A stretch of 64,000 nt of DNA from Diplonema japonicum (GCA_964019335.1 OZ025726.1:310001-374000); one strand, 5' to 3'; counted from the first letter of the stretch, positions 11,111-21,881 are shown. Numbers and translations are program-made. Notes: generated by a model not told the origin, from the sequence alone.

Positions 11111-13520
11111 TCAAGCAAGGTAATTATACGACTTCCCATCGGCCGTCCTCTCGAGGTAATCCTTTTCAATGAGGTTTTCAATGTTTTTCTTGATGTCAGT
11201 GTTGACCGGCTTGAAGGTGCCCTGCAGCTGGGCTATGACATCGGTAACAAGGGTCTGGTGCGTCATAACTTTACGAGACTTCATGAGACGGACAATTGCG
11301 GCCTGTTGGGGACTTTTTTTTTTCTCTTCTTTTACATACTTGAATCGAGTATTTTCTGTCTTCCGATACGGCCTTGATGGCAATGACGTCGTCAGCCTGC
11401 TGTCCTTCCCTGTGCTGCGCGTTGTACAGCAGCACTTTCCTGTTCGGAGCTTGGAACCCCTCGCTCACCGAGTAGTTCGCGCTCTTTGGGTTTTCCGCGT
11501 TGTCAGTCAGCACCAGCTTAAACCTAATCAGAACCGAAAGGCTGAACTCCAGCTCCTTCTCAGGCATCTTGATAATATTCAACAACTCCACCCACGAGAT
11601 GCTACTCACAGACGAGTCATTGAAAGCAAGAAGAATAGTGGCCTGTTGCGTGGAAACCTGCAATTCGTAAGCCTTTGTGGCGGTGTACATTGTCTTTAAA
11701 ACCCCGTTGGACTGGGATTGGAGCCAAGACAAGGATCGCCCCTGATGTTTTTTCTTGTAAAACTCTGTGAAACAGTCCAACCCCGCTTGGATGATGGACG
11801 GGACGGAGAACGTGACCTTTGGAGCGGTCTGCGGCCACGACACGCTGGTCAAAACGTTGATATTCAATGAAGGGCCGTATCGGATCGCTTCCGTGTGTGA
11901 GGCTGCTTCCAAGAACTCCTTGTTCATGTCTTTTGAGAGACCCATGTCGATGAACATTCTTTGGAGTTTGTATGTGTACTCGTACCCGCAGACTGCCTTC
12001 AGTTTTGTTATCATGAGGGTTTCATGTTCCTGGCAGTACGTGTTATGGATCAGTCTTTGGGACAGTTTGTCTCTGTAGACACGTTGGAAGACGTCGATGT
12101 CTTCCAGAAGACTGAAGATGGTGAGGACTTCGCTCAGTGTTTCGTCGAGTTCTTCCTCTGTTCTCGCCTTTGCGATTCTCGACGACGGCTTCAACAGCAT
12201 GTGGGCGTACTTTGCAAGAAGATCCGCTGATTTTGCACCGCTTGTCGTGGCAATCGCGTTTTTGTTGATGAACCTCTTGCAACCCTTCTCTAAAGCGGCT
12301 TTGAAGTGCTCGTGCTCCTGGAAGATCTCTTTTACCATAACCGCGTATTTCTTGTAGACTTGCAGGATCATTTCAACATATACACAAGGATCTTTCAATG
12401 CTTCGTTTTTGATCTTCAAAACGGTGGCTTTGCCTTCGGCGTCGATGCGGTCCTCGATCAGCTTCCGCAGGGGTTCCAAACCCCCGTCGGACTGCTCCAA
12501 CAAACGGAATAAACGCTTCTGTTCCGGGATTCGATCCTCGTCGAACCACTCCTGAGAGGCTTCCAAAAGGGTGTTAATGTGCGCATCGATCATGACCTTG
12601 ATCAGTGTTTTCATCAGTTCCTTTTCGGTTGATTTGTCAAGGTACTGCTGCAGTCGTCTATGCTCCTCGTCGAGCCTCCTCTCCGAGTGTATCATGTACT
12701 CGGGAAGGACCAAAGTTTGATCTTCCGAATCCGTTCCGAGCTTCTCTGCAACCTCCTTAGCATAGAACTCTTCAGTCGCGCGGACGAATTGAATCTCAAA
12801 CTGTTCCGCGTAAAATTGAGTGGGAACCCTCAAGTCCACACCAAGAGCCACGATACTCTGTATCACACCTTTCAGCAGCGAATGATCCACCACCTTCCCC
12901 ATTCGGTCTGCTTGGATCAGTTCCAGCAACGCGCTGATGATAGATCCTTTCACCTTCATGTACAAATGTTCCTTCCAACAGATGTACCCCAAGGTTCGAA
13001 CTTCGAAAATTTCGCCCGTTCGCTCCGTTGAAGCGCGGACCCACTGGTTCATGAAGTGGAAAGCGCTGTGAACGAAGTCCATCCCCATTCTAAAGTTCTT
13101 CCATTGCTCCAAATAGCAGCACAACACTTCGGTTTGCGGTCGTTGCGCATGGGCAGGCCCCATCACGCACCACACAACCTTGTTCTCGATGTAGTCGATC
13201 AAGAATGCCTTCAACCTTTGATACAATAACCACGGGGCGGCTTTGCCCTCTTGCCCCTCTGGTGCCAACGGAACCGGTTTCTTCAAGCCAGCCTGTCCAT
13301 TTAAATTAACGCATTGGGACGTGCATAATTGGTACACGGTGTGGTAGTGTGTGTTGATGGCGACTTCTGGTGGTTTCATGGGGTCGGTAAGCACTTTTGT
13401 GATCGCATCTTTCAGTGACTCCCAGCTCCTCTGGAAGTCCACCGGCTTCGTCTTCAGCGACGGTCTCGGCCGAGATATCTGCTGTCTCTTGATGAACACA
13501 CCCCCACCGCCCCCGCTCAT
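11111..13520 (-). CDS. Cullin (CUL1/CUL2-like)
   Basis: Cullin repeats, LLAKYAH.LLK, DVFQRVYRDKLSQRL, KLQRMFIDM, VLTSVSWP, GRSLSW. Exons 13520..11340 and 11302..11111 (intron 11303-11339) give the neddylation domain IQAAIVRLMKSRK...IENLIEKDYLER. Confidence 0.93.
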
Positions 13521-13699
13521 TGCTGTTGAAACTGGAATTGTGTAAACGGGTCTATTCCCACTCCCCCTCCTCTTGTTTGGATTTTTTTTTTGTTTCCAAA
13601 AGAAAAAGGAAATACTACACTAGAAGATTTTTTTTCTTTTTTTCTTCTTCTTCTTTGTTTGTTCCGCCACGATTGTGTTCTATTTGCCTTTCCTCCTCC

Positions 13700-14317
13700 T
13701 TAATAATGCGGCAATGGCAGAACCGGAGAAAGAGACCGTCTGCCCTTGTTATTGAGAGAGCTGGAAGTGGGTGAAGGTGGTAGAGATGTTGGCTTTACAG
13801 AGGTGCGGGAGATGAAGTGAGGTGAAGGGCGGAGAGGTCCTGGCGTGGGCGACGGAGGAGGCGTGGTCATAGATGGCCAAGGGGTGCTGGGATTTCCGCT
13901 GAGTGGGGAAGACAAAGGGCTGTTCGGGTGTGGGACCACATTAAGTCGAGAGATGCAGAGTCTTTTGTCATCGAAGTATAGATTTAAAAATTTTATCCCC
14001 TCGTTCAATCTGCTGACGTATTCTACAGGATCCAAGGGGGGCAGGAAGCACCACCACGCACAGGCAATTGTAAAAAAGCTCAAAGTCCACGGCAGCAACG
14101 CGCTCGCCATCTGCGCCACACCCACCCACGAATCAAACGTAAAACTTGTAACCTGCACCAACGCCAAAATTATCGACACGCTCAAGAACCCGGTCACCAC
14201 CACACTCAACACCTGCCTGTACCTCTTTAGAAACAAGAATTTGCTCCTGATAAACCGTTGAAAAGCGTCCATTTCTTCAAAACCTTGTTTTGTCCGCACA
14301 TCTTCGCTCATGTTCAT
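13700..14317 (-). CDS. Two-TM membrane protein, possible Spo7/CNEP1R1 (nuclear envelope phosphatase regulatory subunit) homologue
   Basis: EEMDAFQR start, two hydrophobic helices, then P..YVSRLN....LNLYFDD resembling CNEP1R1/Spo7; Pro/Ser-rich tail. Confidence 0.5.
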   Translation of the reverse strand: MNMSEDVRTKQGFEEMDAFQRFIRSKFLFLKRYRQVLSVVVTGFLSVSIILALVQVTSFTFDSWVGVAQMASALLPWTLSFFTIACAWWCFLPPLDPVEYVSRLNEGIKFLNLYFDDKRLCISRLNVVPHPNSPLSSPLSGNPSTPWPSMTTPPPSPTPGPLRPSPHFISRTSVKPTSLPPSPTSSSLNNKGRRSLSPVLPLPHY

Positions 14318-14350
14318 TTCTTAACCCAACCTTTGAGCGAGGAAAAAAAA

Positions 14351-14433
14351 TCCTCTCGGCCGGAATCGAACCAGCGGCCGCGCGATGGCTAATATTCTAC
14401 AGTCGCGCGCTCTACCAATTGAGCTACGAGAGG
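14351..14433 (-). tRNA. tRNA-Tyr(GTA) with a 10-nt intron at the canonical 37/38 position (14387-14396)
   Basis: CCTCTCG TAGCTCAATTGGTAGAGC G CGCGA CTGTAG[aatattagcc]A TCGCG CGGCC GCTGG TTCGATT CCGGC CGAGAGG A; followed by a T8 Pol III terminator. Confidence 0.95.
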
Positions 14434-14830
14434 CTACAATTTGTATGGCTTCGATTTAGGCGAATGATTCACAGAAATGGGTGTTGTGTTAGAAATGAAA
14501 TGTTGTGTCTCCACTTTCCATTCCCTCTTCCTCTCATTGTTTCCATTTTCCCTTTCCTTTTTCACACCACATACCCGTTTTTCTCACCTGACTGAGGGAA
14601 TAACGCAATTCAGCCTACCGGTGATGACCGACGAGGAGGTCAACAGCGAACAACACATCCGATGTACTTCTTATATTTCTATGTTATCCCCACCACCAAA
14701 AAAATTGTTCTAGAAACGAAAAATAAAGAGCAATAAAAAAAGAGAAACGGTGTGCGGAAGAGAAAGAAGGGAAAAAAAGAAGAAGAAAAAAAAAAAGATT
14801 TAACAGGTGAAATCGGATGGGGAAGAAAGC

Positions 14831-14863
<33 letters not shown>

Positions 14864-15609
14864 AAGAAGAAAAGAAGAAGGGGGGGAAAAAATTGCGGAA
14901 AGTCTCGGACTTTCAACCCTTTTTTTCCCTTCTCTTGTCGCCGTTTCTTTTTTTTTTTTTTCCTGCATCTCTTCCCCCCCTATCCCCTGTGTTCTCTTCC
15001 ACATATAGTGTGTTGTTCGTTGCTGTAATAGATAATTTTTTTTTTTTTCCTGTTTTCTTTCTGACACAGTTGTTTAAACAGAGAGGTAGAAGGGGATTTG
15101 GAAAAGGGGAAATGATTTGGCCAGTGGAGACCGAGGGACAAATAAAAAATGGGGAAGGGGGAAGCTGCTGGTGTAAGAACTCGTTATGGAGTGCACGGGG
15201 CACGGCTACACTCACGGGAAACCGGATAGAAGCTGGGCAATGGCTGCCATGAACGAGTAATGCAAACACCACGGTAAAAAAAAATGCAAGCAGGAAGGGA
15301 AAGAAAATATAAAAAAAAATAAAATAAAAAATCATGCGGCATGAATTCGGAGTTTTTCATGTGGTTCAGTTTTTAGACAGTAAATAAATAATAATAATAA
15401 AATGTAAGGGAGAACGTGGAAGTCATTATGTTCTTTCGCCATTCCTTTTTTTTCCCCGTTTCTTTTTCTTTTCGCCCCAATGATCTTGGGAAGAACAAAA
15501 AAAAGAAAAAAAGGGAAAAAAAAAAAAAAAAAAGCCAGAACTGCATTTTTTTAAAAAAATAAATAAAATTTGTACAATTTTTTTTTTCTCTTCCGGTTGC
15601 GACTAAAAT

Positions 15610-18600
15610 CTAAGCCTCTTCCTTAACAGGCTCCTCGCTTTCCTTGGGGTACGGCATGACAGTGTCACGTGCCACACGGTGCAGAACAAAGCACAGGCAG
15701 ATGGTGAGCATGCCCCACGCATAAATACAGAAGGCCCATGAGTATGAAGGCCTGGTGATGTACTGGAGCTCACCATTCAGAAGTGCCATACCACCACCTC
15801 GGGACTCAGTACGGCCAGACTCGTCGAGGAAGAGACACCCATATGTGTTCGTAGTCAACGTGTTGGTGTGAGTCCAGGCGGCAAGGATTAGAACCCACGC
15901 AAGGGACAGACAAAGTGCTGCCACGAAGATCATCTTCCCCAAAACAGGGTGGTAGGTAAAGAAAGCGTACAAGATCACCGCCACCATCCCCAGACCAAGG
16001 AACAAGGTACCAGAGATAGCAAGGCCGGCAATGGTCTTCATGTCGCCCTCAAGATCGCCGTTGGGGCACACGTCACTGATGTCGCGGCATTTGCTGCCAC
16101 CCTTGAAGGTGTTTGTCTCGGGGAAGGTGCATTTCGGTGCAATGAAGTCGAGCGTCACACCCATCTGCACAACGTGCACCTTCGACGGCGCCGCGAAGTT
16201 CCCAGACTCGGCAAGGACAACGGTGTGCGAGTTCGCAATGAACATGCCCTCCACAGAGTCGCCGATCTTCTCTTCAACACCCTCCAAGCTGCCCACATCA
16301 AACACCTTCTTTGTTGTCACCGCAACGACACCTGCCGCAGCAAGGTCCACAGCAGGGTTCAGAACAAGCGCACCCCCAGACACAACCACCCTCTCGATGG
16401 CGTCAAGGGTCGCGGTCGACGCGATGTCGGTACCTGTGGAGAAGTCGGCCTCCCTCAGTGTGATGGAGACATTGGCGGAGCCGGACTTGGCGGTTTCCAT
16501 GAGCAGAACCTTGTCGTCCTTCAGCCAAGCGGCGGCCTTGAAGCGCACATCTGCCTGGGTGTTGGTGGTGTTCTTGAGCGCAGCGGAGTACTCGCCCTGA
16601 GCGTCGCTGAGCAGCACAACCTTCTGCATGATGACAGAGGGGTTGGCGTAGTCGGTCACGTTCAACATGATGCAGCGCACAGCGTTGGAGTTCAGAAGTG
16701 CCGCGTCACCACCGGTCAAGGGCGACTCCAGGCAGGCCACGATCTTGTCCTTGTCGGCGTTCACAGCGACAGAGCCGAAGCCCCTTCCGTTGTGCCTCTG
16801 GCGGTAGATAGCAGGGATCACAGCCTTCACGTTGGCACCGCCACCAAGGGCAGCAGCGTCAGTAGTGTAGATGGCCTGGATCTCACCGGCAGCGTTCCAG
16901 ATTGCGATCTCGGGACCGAACTGGTCAGCACCGATGAACATGCCGTTGTTGAAGGCCTGCACGTCACCCATGTTCAGCCCGAAGGTCGTAGGAGTGTCCA
17001 CAACAGTGTTGGCGGGGCAGGTGGCAACGGTCCAGGCGGCGCTCGCGATGCGGGTGATCTCGTTGTCGGTAGTTGAAAGACCAGCACTGACGCTGTTGCC
17101 GTTGTACTTGAGGTTTGCCCAAGAGTCGACGTGCACGACAGTGGAGGTGGAGTTGGAGGTGTAGGCGTTGCCGAGCTTGAGCTTACCAACAGCAGGAGAG
17201 AAGCCCTTAAGGGCAAGCACGGTTGCTCCGTTGCAGGCAGCGGCAGGACCACGGCCAGTCATGGCGTACAGGTCACCGCTGCAGTGGTCGAATGTGACAC
17301 CGCTGAGGCCAGGAGCGTCGTTGCAGAAGTCACCGGTACCCGTCTCGCAAGGCTGGTCGCAGTCAGTGCAGGTCAGCGTTGCAGTGAGGTCAGGGTTCAC
17401 AGTGCCAGCAAGGGGCTGTGCAGGGAGCGTGTAGCTGGTGAGCTTTCCCTTCTCCGAAGCAGAGTCAACGAAGTGGTTGTCGTGGGGGAGGACGTTCACG
17501 TCACCGGTGCTCACCTCGTTGGCCAGGCTGAAGTCCCATGCAGCACCGTTCTGCTCCTGCTCGAGGACCTGGAAAGTAAAGCTCTTGATGGGCTTCATGC
17601 ACCTCTCAGCGTGCCCGGTTCTTTCTTTGCAGGAGCGGATCTCTGGGCACTCCACAGACCAAGCGTGCGACCTGCAGCCTGCCTGCGTGCACCTGGCCCA
17701 AGCGTTGCTGTACACATCGTCAGACTCGTAGCCAGCGGCGCAGCTAAGCTCCAGCTCGGAAGCGCACTGGGCGACAAACGTGGCGTTGCAGTCCTGCGGC
17801 ACCGAGGCGAAGCTGTGGTCCTTCTTGAAGTCGTCAGAGCACATCTCCCACAGACCAAGACCGTACTCCTTCCTGCCCCTCTCCTCCTGTGCGTACCTCA
17901 TACGCCTCCATTGCGAAGTCGGCAGGGCAAGGGTCATGGCAACGAATGCAAGGATGCACAACCCCCAAGCACCAGCCGACTGGGGCCAGTCAGCCACAGT
18001 CGCGGCGATCCTCTTGGCCTCCTCTTCCTTCCTCTGCATCTCCTCCATGTCAACCTTGTCCTTCTCGAGGTCACCACCCCACAGCTGCATGAAGTTGGGC
18101 AGCCTGCTGCCACACATCTCCTCTGTCCTGAGGAAGCTGCCTCTGGGGAGGAGGTCAGCCCTGTTCCTACGGATCCAAACGAGCGTGAGAATGCTAACCA
18201 CGATGATGGTGATGGGCACACCGACAGCAACGAGCACCTCCCAGCCGGCGATGGAGAGAGCGATGACGAGACCGGGCATGGCAAGGAAGCAAAACAGGAT
18301 GTAGGCAAGGGGGAACCAACGGAGGTTTGCGGCGGTGTCACCCATGAACTTGGCGAGGGCAAGGGGCACGGGACGGAGGGGCCAGATGAAGAACCACACG
18401 ACTGTCCCGAGGACGTTGAAGAAGACGTGCTCCAAGGCGACCCTCATTCCGATCACAACGTTGTCACCAGACAGGGCAGACAGCACACCAGTCACAGTGG
18501 TACCGATGTTGGCACCGTGCGTCAGGGCAACAAGCTTCTCAATGTGGATGAGACCGATCCCGACAAGGGGCGTCAAGGTGGAGGTGAAGACAGAGCTGGA

Positions 18601-19875
18601 CTGCACAAGGATGGTGCACCCGGTACCGAAGATCATCAGGATGTAGTTGTCCAGACCACCGCACGAGCGCAGGATCGGGTGCTTGAAGTCGATGTTCAGG
18701 AAGTACCTAGTCCACGAGGCAACGCCACCCTTCAGCACGGACTGGAGCAGCTTCACGAGCAGGAGCAGGCAAGTGGTAAGCATGGTAAGCGACACGAACA
18801 GAAGCAGCACACCAGCGTCGTCGTCGGAAATGGGGGTGTCGCGGAGCACATGGCCAGACTTCTGCTTGATGATGGTCTTCTTCTCCAGCTTCTTGACCTC
18901 GTCGTTGGAGGAGGCCTGCGCGATCTTCTCGATAAGCTTCTTGTCGACGGATACAACACGGCCGGAGGCGGGCTTCGTGATCTTCTTGATGAACTCCACC
19001 TTGTCACGCTTGTCAGTGCTCAGGTTCATTGAGTCCACAGCTTCGCCGGCGAGCTCCTTGAGGAAACCAGAGGCAGCCTCGAGGGGCAGGAACATACCAA
19101 CAGTGAGCCAGTTGAACATGTCGTGGAAGACAGCACCGGTGAAGGCCCTCCTGTACTCGGCAGGGCTGTTCAAGTGAGCAATTGAAACAATAGTGTTGGT
19201 GACAGAGGTACCGATGTTGGCACCCATCACAAGGTACGCAGCGTCTTCAACGGTGACAAGCTCAGCCGCCGCCATCGAGATGACGATGGACGTGGTGGTC
19301 GAAGAAGACTGCATCAGCACCGTGGCGAGGATACCGATGGCGAGGCCCGCAACGGGGTTCGACAGCAGTTCGCTCTCACGGAAGGCCCTCCCGGAGGACT
19401 TACCTCCGAGGATCTTGAAGGCGTTCCCCATGAGGCCGAGGGAGATGATGAACATGTACAGCACACCCCAGATGCTGCAGAACTTAACGAAGTTGACAAC
19501 AACGGTCTCGACCTTCTCCAGAGGGCTGAGGAACTTCCAGGGAGTGCCGGTGTCGGCCATGGCCTGAAGGGCCCACACGTCTCCCACTGTCTCGTACTCC
19601 TCCCTCGTCATGAGCTTCAGGAAGGCCTTCTCACAGAGAGCTTCACAGTCGAAGGGTTCACCACCCAGGATGTCCCTCCCCATGGGGCACTCCCTGAAGC
19701 CTTCGTAGTCGACAAAGCACGATCCGTGCACGTAGAAGCGCTCGCCGGTCTTCCATCCCTCGTCAGCCTTGGCCTCCTCGACGTCCACCGGGGCTTCCTC
19801 GGCAATGGGCTCGGAGCTGAGCTGGGTTTGCGGCTCACCCTGAGGGGTGGCCTCTGGTTTATCCTCCAGCGTCAT
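15610..19875 (-). CDS. SLC34/NptA Na+/phosphate cotransporter fused to a claudin/PMP22-like 4-TM module containing a phytase-like extracellular domain (1421 aa)
   Basis: Two QSSS motifs (LMQSSSTTTS, LVQSSSVFTS), GANIGT twice, HDMFN. Then TM-W..GLGLWEMC, a Cys-rich segment, GLSG/TGRGP/DQFGP/RGF/VEG motifs, and three more TMs ending SYSWAF. Single intronless GC3-rich ORF. Confidence 0.88.
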   Translation of the reverse strand: MTLEDKPEATPQGEPQTQLSSEPIAEEAPVDVEEAKADEGWKTGERFYVHGSCFVDYEGFRECPMGRDILGGEPFDCEALCEKAFLKLMTREEYETVGDVWALQAMADTGTPWKFLSPLEKVETVVVNFVKFCSIWGVLYMFIISLGLMGNAFKILGGKSSGRAFRESELLSNPVAGLAIGILATVLMQSSSTTTSIVISMAAAELVTVEDAAYLVMGANIGTSVTNTIVSIAHLNSPAEYRRAFTGAVFHDMFNWLTVGMFLPLEAASGFLKELAGEAVDSMNLSTDKRDKVEFIKKITKPASGRVVSVDKKLIEKIAQASSNDEVKKLEKKTIIKQKSGHVLRDTPISDDDAGVLLLFVSLTMLTTCLLLLVKLLQSVLKGGVASWTRYFLNIDFKHPILRSCGGLDNYILMIFGTGCTILVQSSSVFTSTLTPLVGIGLIHIEKLVALTHGANIGTTVTGVLSALSGDNVVIGMRVALEHVFFNVLGTVVWFFIWPLRPVPLALAKFMGDTAANLRWFPLAYILFCFLAMPGLVIALSIAGWEVLVAVGVPITIIVVSILTLVWIRRNRADLLPRGSFLRTEEMCGSRLPNFMQLWGGDLEKDKVDMEEMQRKEEEAKRIAATVADWPQSAGAWGLCILAFVAMTLALPTSQWRRMRYAQEERGRKEYGLGLWEMCSDDFKKDHSFASVPQDCNATFVAQCASELELSCAAGYESDDVYSNAWARCTQAGCRSHAWSVECPEIRSCKERTGHAERCMKPIKSFTFQVLEQEQNGAAWDFSLANEVSTGDVNVLPHDNHFVDSASEKGKLTSYTLPAQPLAGTVNPDLTATLTCTDCDQPCETGTGDFCNDAPGLSGVTFDHCSGDLYAMTGRGPAAACNGATVLALKGFSPAVGKLKLGNAYTSNSTSTVVHVDSWANLKYNGNSVSAGLSTTDNEITRIASAAWTVATCPANTVVDTPTTFGLNMGDVQAFNNGMFIGADQFGPEIAIWNAAGEIQAIYTTDAAALGGGANVKAVIPAIYRQRHNGRGFGSVAVNADKDKIVACLESPLTGGDAALLNSNAVRCIMLNVTDYANPSVIMQKVVLLSDAQGEYSAALKNTTNTQADVRFKAAAWLKDDKVLLMETAKSGSANVSITLREADFSTGTDIASTATLDAIERVVVSGGALVLNPAVDLAAAGVVAVTTKKVFDVGSLEGVEEKIGDSVEGMFIANSHTVVLAESGNFAAPSKVHVVQMGVTLDFIAPKCTFPETNTFKGGSKCRDISDVCPNGDLEGDMKTIAGLAISGTLFLGLGMVAVILYAFFTYHPVLGKMIFVAALCLSLAWVLILAAWTHTNTLTTNTYGCLFLDESGRTESRGGGMALLNGELQYITRPSYSWAFCIYAWGMLTICLCFVLHRVARDTVMPYPKESEEPVKEEA

Positions 19876-19974
19876 AAGATTACTATGTGTTGATAACTGT
19901 GTTGTTTATGAGATTTTTTTTTTTTTTTTTTTTTTTTTGGAAAAAAAAAAGGGTGCGCCTGCGTTGCGTGAAGT

Positions 19975-20524
19975 GTATCTACCCTTTATGCGAAGCCCTT
20001 CACAGCTAGAAGATAAGCAGGAGGGTATTGGTAAAGGGGGCAGGTACGTGGGCAAAAGGTAAGCAGACGTCTCCCGCTGCCAGTAGCCACTGCGAGACCA
20101 CGAAAGGAAAGGGTCAATATGGATATGCATGCAAGCGGTGTTCCAAATAACCAAAAGTTGTGAACACAACTCTACCCTTTATGCGAAGCCCTTCACAGCT
20201 AGAAGACAAAGCAAAGAGGGTATTGGTAAAGGGAAAAGGACAACTTTGAGACAAAGAGTCTCCCCCCGATGTACATACCTTACCGAGTACAGTGAACTGG
20301 TAAGGGGCAAGGTGGGGGTGGCTGGGCGAAATAATCTTTAGGCTTTTGTGTCTCCCGCTGCCAGTAGCCACTGCGAGACCACGAAAGGAAAGGGTCAATA
20401 TGGATATGCATGCAAGCGGTGTTCTTCCTTTATGAGGTTCGTTTTCCTCCAAAGATCACAGGCTCTACCCTTTATGCGAAGCCCTTCACAGCTAGAAGAT
20501 AAGCAGGAGGGTATTGGTAAAGGG
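19975..20524 (-). ncRNA. Cluster 1 of single-hairpin H/ACA-like (AGA-box) snoRNAs; 6 units, order A-B-A-C-B-A in + coordinates
   Basis: Units: A 19975-20038, B 20067-20140, A 20168-20233, C 20256-20319, B 20348-20421, A 20461-20524. Each folds into a stem/pocket/stem hairpin followed by AGA and 3 nt. Confidence 0.85.
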
Positions 20525-21552
20525 GGCGCAGCGGGTGTGATTAGGTTGCTTGTGTGTTTCAGCGGTTTGAAGGGGGAAAAAAATAAGAAGGGAGAGAAAT
20601 AAGGTTTGTAAGCTGAATGGAGAGGGGGGGGGGGGGGGGGGGGAGAAGACGAGCAGATGAAGTGCAATGACGTTACTGTTGAAAGTTTGGTGGAGGGGGA
20701 GGGCTGCAGTAGCAGCTTCTTCATCCGACTATTCAAGGGTACGAGGGGAAAGGAGAAAAAAAAGGGGGGGGGAAAAAAGTAGAATAGATAGGGAGGGATA
20801 AACACGAGGGATGCAAGCACGAATCTTGTTAAAAAAAAAAAGGGTGTGTGAGTGTCCAGCCATTTCAGAGGTGTACCGGAACAAAAAAAAAAAAAAAAAA
20901 AGGTAACGTGGGATAGATAAGAGAGACAGGAATCAGGAATAATCATAAAAAAAAAGGGGAGCTAAATGGAGAAAGAAAAAAGAAAAAAAAAAAGAAGAAC
21001 ATTCCGACAATAGCAAAGGGCTCCTGTATAGAGGCCGCTTGGGGGAGGGAGGGAGGGAGGGACTGATTGGGCCGTTTCTTGCATATGATTTTCTCGTTTA
21101 TCTTTAAAGGAGGGACATAGAGTCTGTAAATCATCACCAAAAAAGAGAAAGAAAAAAGGGGGGGGGGGGGAGCGTGAACACAGCTTTTTCAAGAAACAAA
21201 CTGAGTCCACATATGATAGTAGGAAGAAAAATGGGGGGGGGGGCGAGAGGGAAAAAAAGCAAAGGATTTCACTTTTAAACTAGGAGGGATGGCAAAAAAA
21301 AATGACGCCAATTTTTTTATTGAAAAAAAGAAAAAAAATCTCAAGAGTCCCCTTTAAATTGCGCTCCCTTTTCTTTTGACTAGAAAGGGGGAAGAGAAGG
21401 GAGGAATATAAAATACCAGTGGATGGGGACAGAGTTGATGAAAAGAAGAACAAAAAAAAAAAAAGTGCAAATAATAGAAAGAGGGTGGAGAGACGGGCCG
21501 GTTAGGACGGGGGAGTGGGGCGAGAGGAAAAAAAAAGGGGGGGAACCTGAAC

Positions 21553-21840
21553 TCATTCTTCGTCATTTTCTTCACTCACTAGGGGACTCATTATTTAACG
21601 CGAAATGACCATTATTTAACTAGTTAAATAATGAGATTTTGCAGATTTTGCTTAAATAATGGCGCTTCAGAGTGAAAAAAAAAAGGGTCTCACCCCTTTG
21701 AAAATTTTTTTGGGGTGGGCCATCTGAGGCCATTCCGGCCCTTAAAAGTGGGAATAAGTGCTTTACTTCCCCTTAAAATGCCACAAAATGCTACCCATAT
21801 TACCTTAGGAAAATCCCCCCAAAAAGCTGAGCTGCGTTTA

Positions 21841-21881
<41 letters not shown>

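Noticed and set aside
14585-14670. Possible snoRNA or snRNA near tRNA-Tyr (GTGATGA on +; hairpin then AGA on -)
   Set aside because: There is no properly placed D box, the hairpin lacks a usable pocket, and I see no match to U1-U6 or SRP motifs.
15949-19567. Long plus-strand ORFs (e.g. 17131..19032, 633 aa)
   Set aside because: These are antisense shadows of the GC3-rich SLC34 fusion gene with no recognisable motifs.
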